32,000 nt of DNA. It comes from a bacterium (GTDB lineage Bacteria > Bacteroidota > Ignavibacteria > UBA10030). A program made the position numbers and the translations under genes. The notes under the pieces are model-generated. The model had not been told where the DNA came from. It saw only the letters and a list, made by a program, of their open reading frames with translations, and did no database searches. The stretch lies in NCBI GenBank assembly GCA_043803945.1, contig JAZDJN010000062.1:1-32000 (forward strand), given 5' to 3'. Positions 1 through 8,927 of this stretch are shown here, in pieces (the stretch's first letter is position 1; every line of letters starts with the position of its first letter).

Positions 1-3000
1 TGCCTGACTGGAGAACTAATCCCGCCAAAGATTTCAATTCCACTCTGGTTCGACTGAATCCTGATTATAGCCTGGGTAAAGTGCAAACCTACACAATTTC
101 AATTCCACTCTGGTTCGACTGAATCGATGTATTTCTTTCCATGTCACAGGCAATCGGCGAAATTTCAATTCCACTCTGGTTCGACTGAATCGAGACCATT
201 GAACAATTAGCAGGAATTGATGAAGCCATTTCAATTCCACTCTGGTTCGACTGAATCCAACGTCAAATTTGACGCTCAGCTATGGGATGTGAAATTTCAA
301 TTCCACTCTGGTTCGACTGAATCGCAAGCCACCCACGATCGATGCGTCGTATACTATAGATTTCAATTCCACTCTGGTTCGACTGAATCGCGAATTTATC
401 GGAAGGAAACAAAATGAGATATAAAATTTCAATTCCACTCTGGTTCGACTGAATCCAAGGAGCAAAACATTTGAAGGAATCGCAGAAGCGAATTTCAATT
501 CCACTCTGGTTCGACTGAATCTAACGATACCTACCTCAAACTTCGCCTTGCTTGGTAATTTCAATTCCACTCTGGTTCGACTGAATCGGTGAACACTATA
601 ACACACCGCAAGACAGACAAGGCAATTTCAATTCCACTCTGGTTCGACTGAATCGTGATGCCTTGCCTTGCAGTTCCGCGCGTGACAGTATTTCAATTCC
701 ACTCTGGTTCGACTGAATCGACGGGAAACATTATTGGTTGACTCCACCGGAGTTGAATTTCAATTCCACTCTGGTTCGACTGAATCCCTGAAAATCGTTG
801 ACCTTTTTGCGTACGATCTCTAATTTCAATTCCACTCTGGTTCGACTGAATCGGAAGCCTTCCATTTCATTCTCATCTTTACGATGTCATTTCAATTCCA
901 CTCTGGTTCGACTGAATCTCGAGAAAAGATCAAAGAAGGTGTCCGGGAAATCAAATTTCAATTCCACTCTGGTTCGACTGAATCTATGAGCTGCACAGAA
1001 CATCGTATGCGGAGCGCCAAATTTCAATTCCACTCTGGTTCGACTGAATCTTCTGAGAGACCATCGAAGTCAGGACGTGCAGGATGATTTCAATTCCACT
1101 CTGGTTCGACTGAATCCGTTTTTAAGCCGTATGTTACGTTCACATGATGGACAATTTCAATTCCACTCTGGTTCGACTGAATCTTGAATTATTGAGAGCG
1201 AGGCAATGACGCATAACATCATTTCAATTCCACTCTGGTTCGACTGAATCCTCGTTCTTAGCACCAAAAAGAACGGCGTAAACACTATTTCAATTCCACT
1301 CTGGTTCGACTGAATCGGAAAAGAAGTGAACGAACTCCAGCGAATACGATATATTTCAATTCCACTCTGGTTCGACTGAATCTTACGGAGTATATCCTGT
1401 CCATGCAACATCAAGGATATTTCAATTCCACTCTGGTTCGACTGAATCAGCATACTGTAGATAAATGAAAGTCGAAAAAAAAATATTTCAATTCCACTCT
1501 GGTTCGACTGAATCAGCGCCCTCTCTCCGTTGATGAAGTATATCAATACAATTTCAATTCCACTCTGGTTCGACTGAATCACGTATGTCAGGGCAAGGGA
1601 TTTAAGAACATCCATCATTTCAATTCCACTCTGGTTCGACTGAATCGACAAACATACATTCGTTCCAGTATCCGCAAAACTTATTTCAATTCCACTCTGG
1701 TTCGACTGAATCGAATGGCCGCCGCTGCATTTGAAGAGCCGATGAATCATTTCAATTCCACTCTGGTTCGACTGAATCGCCGAGAGTAGAGATGTTCGCA
1801 CGGCGACCAAGTGATTTCAATTCCACTCTGGTTCGACTGAATCGGGATTAGCCCCAGCCAGCACCGCAAGGCACTACCAATTTCAATTCCACTCTGGTTC
1901 GACTGAATCCGGACATTGTGATTGGGACTTCGAGGTGATAGCGAATTTCAATTCCACTCTGGTTCGACTGAATCTAGGACGCGACTGCACTCTCTACGAA
2001 GGACGTGCGGATTTCAATTCCACTATGGTTCGACTGAATCCGTTTTGCACGAAAGGAACAATTCAGCAGAAGTATTATTTCAATTCCACTATGGTTCGAC
2101 TGAATCCCGGTCGTTCCAGCAATACCTCGTATAAATATAGCCATTTCAATTCCACTATGGTTCGACTGAATCCGAAGTTGTATAAACGTTGATCGAATAA
2201 TAACCACCTATTTCAATTCCACTATGGTTCGACTGAATCCACAGTTCCAGAATGGATTATTTCACGGGATCACTTATTTCAATTCCACTATGGTTCGACT
2301 GAATCCACTCAAATGGCCTGGGCAGGTGCCGGCGCTGCTCAGTTTCAATTCCACTCTGGTTCGACTGAATCTCAGCAGAAGGGGCAAGTGTCAAAGCACA
2401 CTACCGAGTTTCAATTCCACTCTGGTTCGACTGAATCTTATGAAATAGATGATGTGAGCCTAACCGAAGCCACGTTTCAATTCCACTCTGGTTCGACTGA
2501 ATCGAGCCAGATGGCAATGGAGGGAAAGCATCATTCTCCGTTTCAATTCCACTCTGGTTCGACTGAATCTGTAACACACCCAAAGAACTTGTTCAAGATT
2601 GGCGCGTTTCAATTCCACTCTGGTTCGACTGAATCCACGATGTAATGAATTCTTTCTGAACGGCAATTTCAGTTTCAATTCCACTCTGGTTCGACTGAAT
2701 CGAATTCTTTTCCCGATGTTCGACGGGTGTTTCTCAAGTTTCAATTCCACTCTGGTTCGACTGAATCCTGCGGGCGTAGGATCGAATCCAGGCAGGGGAG
2801 CTAGTTTCAATTCCACTCTGGTTCGACTGAATCCGATCTTCGGAGTATTGTTAGTCGTCGTTTTGGTTGCGTTTCAATTCCACTCTGGTTCGACTGAATC
2901 GAATGAAAACCTTCATGAAAATATTCATTCTTTTGAGTTTCAATTCCACTCTGGTTCGACTGAATCAATCATGTTCTACGCAACAACACCATATTCATAT

Positions 3001-5476
3001 TTGTTTCAATTCCACTCTGGTTCGACTGAATCGAACAGTTACTTATTCAGGTGGTTCAATACTTATGAGTTTCAATTCCACTCTGGTTCGACTGAATCCA
3101 GCGACAGTAGAGGTTGCTGCTTCGTTAAGTCCGGTTTCAATTCCACTCTGGTTCGACTGAATCGCAAGGATCGAGATTAAAGTCACAAGAAACACAAATG
3201 TTTCAATTCCACTCTGGTTCGACTGAATCTTCTGCGGGTATTATTACAGCAGTGCAATTTGTAGGGTTTCAATTCCACTCTGGTTCGACTGAATCAGGTA
3301 ACGATTGACGATTCAGTAAAAGTGACGTATCGTTTCAATTCCACTCTGGTTCGACTGAATCATGTTCTCATAGTGCTGATACTGTTGCTCGTAACCGGTT
3401 TCAATTCCACTCTGGTTCGACTGAATCCGATGGCGATATAACTGAGACCTCATTCGATGCCTGGTTTCAATTCCACTCTGGTTCGACTGAATCGAGGATA
3501 GTAAACACATACAGTGGAATTGCTGACAAGTTTCAATTCCAATCTGGTTCGACTGAATCCCGTATAAGCCGTTACGACTAACTTATCTGAGCTTGGTTTC
3601 AATTCCACTCTGGTTCGACTGAATCGGGATTTTGTCCGATCGGTCAAGAGATTGTTTATACGTTTCAATTCCACTCTGGTTCGACTGAATCGGTTCAGAC
3701 TCGTGCGAAACATCTCACGAGTGCAATGTTTCAATTCCACTCTGGTTCGACTGAATCTACAGCATACACATTGCCCGTTGTAGATTCTGTCGCGTTTCAA
3801 TTCCACTCTGGTTCGACTGAATCGCTAAACTTCACAAGGTCATCTTTGCCTAACATCATGTTTCAATTCCACTCTGGTTCGACTGAATCATTGCTTCTTG
3901 ATATGGAGCACCGTTGACTGATACAGTTTCAATTCCACTCTGGTTCGACTGAATCACTTCGGTGTCGAAGGCGAGTATGCTGTTCTTGTTAGTTTCAATT
4001 CCACTCTGGTTCGACTGAATCCTGAGTGACGCAAGCATTGATTATCTCTGTGAGAAGTTTCAATTCCACTCTGGTTCGACTGAATCCATCCAATCAAATT
4101 TGCCTACGATATCTAATGCACAGTTTCAATTCCACTCTGGTTCGACTGAATCTTTGTATTGTTTTATCTTCAATAGATTGAGTCACCTGTTTCAATTCCA
4201 CTCTGGTTCGACTGAATCTCCGTTAATAGACCATCTCACATTAATTGTACAATCGTTTCAATTCCACTCTGGTTCGACTGAATCGGAGGATTTCGGTATA
4301 GATACTGTATCCCATATCGTGTTTCAATTCCACTCTGGTTCGACTGAATCCCGCCCCAAAGGCATTGACCGTCGTGGCCGTCGCAGTTTCAATTCCACTC
4401 TGGTTCGACTGAATCGTAGAACCGATAATCCAATTCGACAGATTTTGAGCTGGTTTCAATTCCACTCTGGTTCGACTGAATCAAACATTTGAGCATCCAG
4501 CCACCTTTCCCGAATTATGTTTCAATTCCACTCTGGTTCGACTGAATCTATATTCGTGATACTGCCTGTATTTCTTTGCTTCGTAGTTTCAATTCCACTC
4601 TGGTTCGACTGAATCTGATGCTCGCTGATAGTTCTGCGTTGACTACTTTCCGTTTCAATTCCACTCTGGTTCGACTGAATCTGTATCTCTTCTAAAGCAT
4701 TAGCCTGACCCTTTGCAGTTTCAATTCCACTCTGGTTCGACTGAATCTACTTTTTAACGAGAGGAATGTATTTTGTGGATGTTGTTTCAATTCCACTCTG
4801 GTTCGACTGAATCAGGGATTTCTGGGCAAGTTCAGAGTTGTCACAAGATGTTTCAATTCCACTCTGGTTCGACTGAATCATCTGTTCTATATACATTTGG
4901 AACGCCCGCTACAGGGTTTCAATTCCACTCTGGTTCGACTGAATCAATAAAAATTCAACTGAGCCTGACATCGTTAAGGTAGTTTCAATTCCACTCTGGT
5001 TCGACTGAATCCAAAAATGTGTTACTGAATCGAGGATACTTATTTACGTTTCAATTCCACTCTGGTTCGACTGAATCGCGCACAAGCCACAAGTGACATT
5101 TTTGTCGTCAAACCGTTTCAATTCCACTCTGGTTCGACTGAATCCCACACTCGTAACATTCGAGAGTAGAGAAATATCGAGGTTTCAATTCCACTCTGGT
5201 TCGACTGAATCTTGTATCTCTTCTAAAGCATTAGCCTGACCCTTTGCAGTTTCAATTCCACTCTGGTTCGACTGAATCAGTCAAGGATAAAGACCGTTGA
5301 GCCATCTATTCTCAGTTTCAATTCCACTCTGGTTCGACTGAATCGAGATCGGATCGTTTTATGGTGGGACACTTTGGCACGTTTCAATTCCACTCTGGTT
5401 CGACTGAATCACCAGCGTGTCAATCGAAACAACCTGCTTTGCAATCGTTTCAATTCCACTCTGGTTCGACTGAATC
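1..5476 (-). CRISPR. CRISPR array, 83 repeats of 30 nt with 35-37 nt spacers; continues beyond the left window edge
   Basis: The unit [A/G]TTTCAATTCCACTCTGGTTCGACTGAATC recurs 83 times (first full copy 31-60, last 5447-5476) with a 65-67 nt period, separated by spacers that are all different except one re-acquired pair. Positions 1-30 are a partial spacer. The reverse complement GATTCAGTCGAACCAGAGTGGAATTGAAAC ends in ATTGAAAC, the 8-nt crRNA 5' handle typical of Cas6-processed repeats. The cas operon and the canonical repeat form lie at the right end and variant repeats at the left end, so transcription is inferred on the minus strand. Confidence 0.99.
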
Positions 5477-5576
5477 CCGCTAAAAACCCCCTAAAAAATG
5501 CCGCGCTCAGCGGTTATATTACTACTCCAATCGTCATCCTATCATTATGCAAAAACACAGGGGGTCTGACGACTTA
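5477..5576 (-). promoter_or_regulatory. CRISPR leader between the cas2 stop and the first repeat
   Basis: These are 100 A/T-rich nt between the cas2 stop (5577) and the leader-proximal repeat. The region contains a 7-bp inverted repeat ACCCCCT (5486-5492) / AGGGGGT (5559-5565) and a small hairpin CCGC-gctca-GCGG (5501-5513). The polarity follows from the repeat-variant gradient and cas orientation. I could not recognise a promoter consensus with confidence. Confidence 0.6.
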
Positions 5577-5840
5577 TTACAACACGGTCTCGCTTCCTCC
5601 TTTTTCTGTTCCTATGATCTTCTTTTCCATGCGCGATTCGTCCTCAAATTGATAAATTATTACCGAGTCTTTCTCTAGATTGATCTTCTTCTTCAATCCT
5701 ATTTCCATCTCCTTATACTTTCCCTCAGTCAACCCCCCTTCGAATACACTGTTTTGCACCCAATTCAGATATCCGCGTAAATACTTCAGCACTTTTACGA
5801 CACGTTTTTCTTCAATATCATACACCACTATCACATACAT
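5577..5840 (-). CDS. cas2: CRISPR-associated endoribonuclease Cas2
   Basis: 87 aa. MYVIVVYDI...VQNSVFEG...DSVIIYQF matches the Cas2 ferredoxin-fold pattern. It is the last gene of the operon, directly upstream of the leader. Confidence 0.95.
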   Translation of the reverse strand: MYVIVVYDIEEKRVVKVLKYLRGYLNWVQNSVFEGGLTEGKYKEMEIGLKKKINLEKDSVIIYQFEDESRMEKKIIGTEKGGSETVL

Positions 5841-5862
5841 TATTTTATACCTCTTCGTCGAT

Positions 5863-5907
5863 GAAGGTCACCTTCGGCTGTGATCTATCTAGAGAAGGTG
5901 ACCTTCT
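5863..5907. repeat. REP-A doublet (inverted pair of palindromic units) in the cas1/cas2 intergenic gap
   Basis: GAAGGTCACCTTC (5863-5875) and its exact reverse complement GAAGGTGACCTTC (5895-5907) are separated by 19 nt. The pair fills the gap between the cas1 stop (5909) and the cas2 start (5840). Confidence 0.85.
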
Positions 5908-5908
5908 A

Positions 5909-7060
5909 TTACCACCACGCCCGAAATGCTTTGTACTCTTCGCCGGAAGTTATATGGCGTACTAACTTGTATGCTTCCAACCGAATCAAATGACGGTACG
6001 AAACATTTCTGCCTAATGCACGGTGCTTGATGGTCGTCTTCAACCGCTCGTCGTATTCCTGTACAATAATTTTCCTCCCCGACTCTTCCAAATAGCAGCA
6101 ATTCAATTCCGCCTTAAAATGCTTTTCCTGAATTTGCTTTGCATTCAACAACCGAAAGATCATTCGATCCGCCAACAATGGCTTAAATATTTCAGCCAAA
6201 TCTAAAGCCAATGAATAGCGTCGTTCACCAGGTCCGTGCAAATAACTTACTGTCGGTTCCAGGTGAGTATGATAGATTTCGCTCAACACCGTGGAATATA
6301 CCAAACCGTTAGCAAACGAAATGAGTGCATTGATCGCATTATCAGGTGGATGTTTCACCCTTTTATCCAGCGCAAATTCCTGCCCCACAATTTGACCCCA
6401 ACAATTATAATAACGGTCCCGTATATTACCTTCCACTCCCATCAATTCTTTGGTCGTATCAGTGCGTGCAATGCCATCCCGTAGGTTTTCTATCTCTTCA
6501 ATCTCCGCTGTAAAGTCTATCGACTTCTCTTCCGTTCCTTTCGATGGCTTCGAATAGTATTGTAGGTTTTTGACAATGTTGTATGATGCTGCATCTATGA
6601 ACTCCCGCGCAATCATCAACCGCCTGTGTGTATCAAGATACGCCCTCACCTGCTCCACGACGGTGAACCCCGACGGCAAGTAGTCACGCGGAATGAAGCT
6701 GCCTGCATAATGTCCGTAATAATTAAACAGGTGCAGCGGAATATGATGCTGAGACAGGAAATTGAAGAATTTGCTGTTGTAATCCATCTCACCGAAACAA
6801 TAGAACGCTTCAATATCCTGCACAGGCAATGGCTTACGTGTTACTCTTCCGGTGTCCGGGTTTTTTTCACTCTCTTCCGTAAAGCCGGCAAGAATCTCTT
6901 CATCAATACCGGGATCGATGTCAGTGGAAATATCAGATGGCGGATTTCGGATAGCAGATTCTTCTTGGGGGTTAGCAGGTTTTGACACAGGTTCAAAGAA
7001 GATGGTATTATCTTTTCTTCTCAACCTGCCGGATGACATTATGTAATAAGGTCGTTTCAT
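5909..7060 (-). CDS. cas1: CRISPR-associated integrase Cas1, with an extra acidic insertion in the N-terminal domain
   Basis: 383 aa. It has the N-terminal SGRLRRKDNTIFFE and LFNYYGHYAGSF motifs, and the helical catalytic domain motifs NALISFANGL and SYLHGPGERRYSLALDLAEIFKP typical of Cas1. About 40-50 extra residues (roughly aa 25-74) lie between the first beta strands. Confidence 0.96.
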   Translation of the reverse strand: MKRPYYIMSSGRLRRKDNTIFFEPVSKPANPQEESAIRNPPSDISTDIDPGIDEEILAGFTEESEKNPDTGRVTRKPLPVQDIEAFYCFGEMDYNSKFFNFLSQHHIPLHLFNYYGHYAGSFIPRDYLPSGFTVVEQVRAYLDTHRRLMIAREFIDAASYNIVKNLQYYSKPSKGTEEKSIDFTAEIEEIENLRDGIARTDTTKELMGVEGNIRDRYYNCWGQIVGQEFALDKRVKHPPDNAINALISFANGLVYSTVLSEIYHTHLEPTVSYLHGPGERRYSLALDLAEIFKPLLADRMIFRLLNAKQIQEKHFKAELNCCYLEESGRKIIVQEYDERLKTTIKHRALGRNVSYRHLIRLEAYKLVRHITSGEEYKAFRAWW

Positions 7061-7066
7061 TTAAAT

Positions 7067-7164
7067 CGGATAGCAGATATCAAATAACAGATGACAAAAA
7101 ACAGATGACAGATGACGGATGACAAATAACAAACGACAAATGACAAATAAATAATAGCAAATTG
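7067..7164. repeat. Tandem array of 14 in-register degenerate heptamers (consensus CARATRA)
   Basis: CGGATAG CAGATAT CAAATAA CAGATGA CAAAAAA CAGATGA CAGATGA CGGATGA CAAATAA CAAACGA CAAATGA CAAATAA ATAATAG CAAATTG, with no register slip. CGGATAGCAGA (7067-7077) is the exact reverse complement of TCTGCTATCCG (7605-7615). Confidence 0.9.
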
Positions 7165-7173
7165 AATTCATAA

Positions 7174-7539
7174 TCATATAGAACGGCTGAGAAATGTTAT
7201 AAATCCGGCTGTTTGATTTATGATCGAGACACTGAGAGTGAATGCCTCCTCAAATTCGGATTGTGAGATATATTGCAGATCGAGTGCAACATAGAGTTGA
7301 CTTCTCAATTCTCCGACAGAACCTTTTGCATGATACAGGAAAGCGATGAACTCCTTTTTCGTGTGTCGTTCGTAACCCTCGGCGATATTAGACATCACGG
7401 AAACCGCTGATCGCTGCATCTGATCTTTCAGACCGTAATCGGAAGACAATTTTCCTTTTGCCGTTAATCTATAGATTATCGATGTAAGCTTCCGTGCATC
7501 CTGCCAGACAGGCATATCTTCAAATCGTTTAAACTTCAT
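7174..7539 (-). CDS. Four-helix-bundle protein (23S rRNA intervening-sequence protein family, PF05635/TIGR02436-like)
   Basis: 121 aa. WQDARKL...RSAVSVMSNIAEGYER...EFIAFLYHAKGSVGELRSQL is the signature of the IVS-encoded four-helix-bundle family. It lies between cas4 and cas1 on the same strand. Confidence 0.88.
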   Translation of the reverse strand: MKFKRFEDMPVWQDARKLTSIIYRLTAKGKLSSDYGLKDQMQRSAVSVMSNIAEGYERHTKKEFIAFLYHAKGSVGELRSQLYVALDLQYISQSEFEEAFTLSVSIINQTAGFITFLSRSI

Positions 7540-7570
7540 TTTGTTCCTTTTTATTATCAGTCTTTCGCAA

Positions 7571-7689
7571 TCTGTTATTCGCTATTAGCATTCTGCTTTT
7601 GTTTTCTGCTATCCGCTATTTGCTATCTGTCATTTTACTTATACGCTATCTGTCATATGCAATCCGTTATTCGTTATCTGCCATTTTAT
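7571..7689. repeat. Degenerate heptamer array (YYGYYAT), inverted relative to 7067-7164
   Basis: The words CTGCTAT CCGCTAT TTGCTAT CTGTCAT ... CTGTCAT ... CCGTTAT TCGTTAT CTGCCAT run with one 2-nt register slip. They are the reverse complement of the ATRRCRR words in the left array. Together the two arrays bracket the four-helix-bundle gene. Confidence 0.85.
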
Positions 7690-8202
7690 TTATACCCAGC
7701 AAAGCTCAAAATAACTGCACATCTTACAAAAGCGTCTCGATTTCTTTTCTGGTGCAGATGCGGACTCGACAACTTCTTCGATCTTTTTCAGCACTTCGAT
7801 TATTTCTTCTTCCGTTTGTTCGTTTAACTCTACAGATACCTTTTGTCTTAACTTCGGATAATCGAGTTCTCCTTTCAATCCCGACACTCCTTTTTGTTTG
7901 AGATACCATAAGTAATACAACACCTGCCACCGATGCGCTTCTTCAAGGCTGTCGGACTTCTTCACCTCGTGTAACACACCGTTCTTACTATCGATCCAAT
8001 CAATCACAATTGCGTTGTCAATCTCGATCTGTTTTTCTTTCCGTGCATAGCTTGATTCATCTATGAGCTTACCCAAGAGAACGGTATCAGACGTATGCTC
8101 CATAACCAAACCACGCGAGAATAGCCACAGTTTACGCTTGCACACAAAATAATAATTTAAATGTGTGCCGGATATATTGTGCCTGAAGGTTTCCTTCATC
8201 AT
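7690..8202 (-). CDS. cas4: CRISPR-associated exonuclease Cas4
   Basis: 170 aa. An N-terminal Cys in YYFVCKRKLW plus a C-terminal C-x2-C-x5-C (CKMCSYFELC) gives the Cas4 four-Cys cluster pattern. A RecB-like core is present (IDWID ... LHEVKKS). The first codons are encoded by a REP-A arm. Confidence 0.92.
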   Translation of the reverse strand: MMKETFRHNISGTHLNYYFVCKRKLWLFSRGLVMEHTSDTVLLGKLIDESSYARKEKQIEIDNAIVIDWIDSKNGVLHEVKKSDSLEEAHRWQVLYYLWYLKQKGVSGLKGELDYPKLRQKVSVELNEQTEEEIIEVLKKIEEVVESASAPEKKSRRFCKMCSYFELCWV

Positions 8203-8230
8203 AGGTTTAGTCAGAAAGAAGGAAACCTTC
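8185..8230. repeat. REP-A doublet spanning the RAYT stop / cas4 start junction
   Basis: GAAGGTTTCCTTC (8185-8197) and its reverse complement GAAGGAAACCTTC (8218-8230) are separated by 20 nt. The left arm encodes cas4 residues KETF. The right arm encodes the RAYT C-terminus (VEGFLL). Confidence 0.85.
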
Positions 8231-8830
8231 TACATAAGGTAACACTCTTTTCCAGTAATCTTTCTCTGCCCGCTCATCTTTCAACACCTGCTGCACAAAT
8301 TCTATATAATCCTCGCCCAAATCAGCAAAAGGTTTCCTTCCGCTTGTTAAAGGCTTCCTTCTGTTAGGAATAACCTTAGTTGAAGGAAGCCTTTTACCCA
8401 GGTACTCTACAAAGTTCGAAAACTTCCACTCCTCCGGTTCCCGCACTAATCCCGCCCTCACCGGATTCAAATGAATATAACACGCCACGTCCTGCACGGC
8501 ATCTTCCGGAACAGACTTATAACGAAATGGACCCTGAAACAAATGCCCGATATGCCCATACTTTAAATTGTATCGCTTTGCGGCAGATGTCGCCAACGCA
8601 CCCATCATATCCGACAAACAACCGCCCTGTTTCTGCAGAGCAAGGATGTGGTAATGATTCGGCATCAACGCGTACGCTGGCACAAGGACAGAATATTTAA
8701 CGGCAAGTGATTTCATCTTCCTAATAAACGCTTCATAATCCGATGCATCGGCAAAGATACGCTCTTTATCGTTCCCACGGTTATATACATGGTAAAACCG
8801 ATCATCTTCTATTTTTTCTTCTCTGTTCAT
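8207..8830 (-). CDS. REP-associated tyrosine transposase (RAYT) / IS200-like Y1 HUH transposase
   Basis: 207 aa. It has the HUH motif in MPNHYHIL, and the YIHLNPVRAGLV and EEWKFSNF segments typical of the PF01797 branch that contains RAYTs. REP-A doublets flank it on both sides. Its stop is 4 nt from the cas4 start, on the same strand. Confidence 0.85.
   Translation of the reverse strand: MNREEKIEDDRFYHVYNRGNDKERIFADASDYEAFIRKMKSLAVKYSVLVPAYALMPNHYHILALQKQGGCLSDMMGALATSAAKRYNLKYGHIGHLFQGPFRYKSVPEDAVQDVACYIHLNPVRAGLVREPEEWKFSNFVEYLGKRLPSTKVIPNRRKPLTSGRKPFADLGEDYIEFVQQVLKDERAEKDYWKRVLPYVEGFLLSD
8349..8394. repeat. REP-A-like doublet inside the 3' part of the RAYT ORF
   Basis: AAAGGCTTCCTTC (8349-8361) and its exact reverse complement GAAGGAAGCCTTT (8382-8394) are separated by 20 nt. 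It has the same arm length, spacing and GAAGG/CCTTC core as the intergenic doublets. Confidence 0.7.
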
Positions 8831-8852
8831 ATCTTTTATAGAAGGTGTAGCG

Positions 8853-8897
8853 GAAGGTTACCTTCTGCTTATTCGTGCTTAGTTGAAGGTAACCTTC
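8853..8897. repeat. REP-A doublet between cas7 and the RAYT gene
   Basis: GAAGGTTACCTTC (8853-8865) and GAAGGTAACCTTC (8885-8897) are separated by 19 nt. An additional partial arm AGAAGGTG lies at 8840-8847. Confidence 0.85.
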
Positions 8898-8927
8898 AAC
8901 CGAGGGACGAGAAATTCTTTAGCTATG

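Noticed and set aside
2768-2803. Spacer containing GGATCGAATCC, reminiscent of a tRNA T-arm
   Set aside because: The flanking bases do not form a T-stem or acceptor stem, so there is no evidence it derives from a tRNA gene.
1781-5172. A 12-nt word CGAGAGTAGAGA shared by spacer 27 (1781-1792) and spacer 78 (5161-5172)
   Set aside because: With about 3 kb of spacer sequence, one shared 12-mer is within reach of chance (expectation of order 0.1-0.5), and the flanks do not match. This differs from the full-length spacer 71/79 identity.
34-5652. About 25 ORFs of 60-217 aa inside the array, with reiterated peptides (FQFHSGSTES, FNSTLVRLN, IQSNQSGIE, RFSRTRVELK)
   Set aside because: They are translations of the CRISPR repeat in different frames. 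The periodic identical peptides separated by random spacer-encoded residues are an artefact, not genes.
7174-7539. Possibility that the four-helix-bundle protein marks a diversity-generating retroelement (Avd-like)
   Set aside because: No reverse transcriptase ORF, template/variable repeat pair or target gene is present anywhere in the window.
7599-7901. 100-aa plus-strand ORF (MFSAIRYLLSVILLIRYLSYAIRY...)
   Set aside because: Its N-terminal half is a translation of the heptamer array and the rest is antisense to cas4. It has no start context and no family resemblance.
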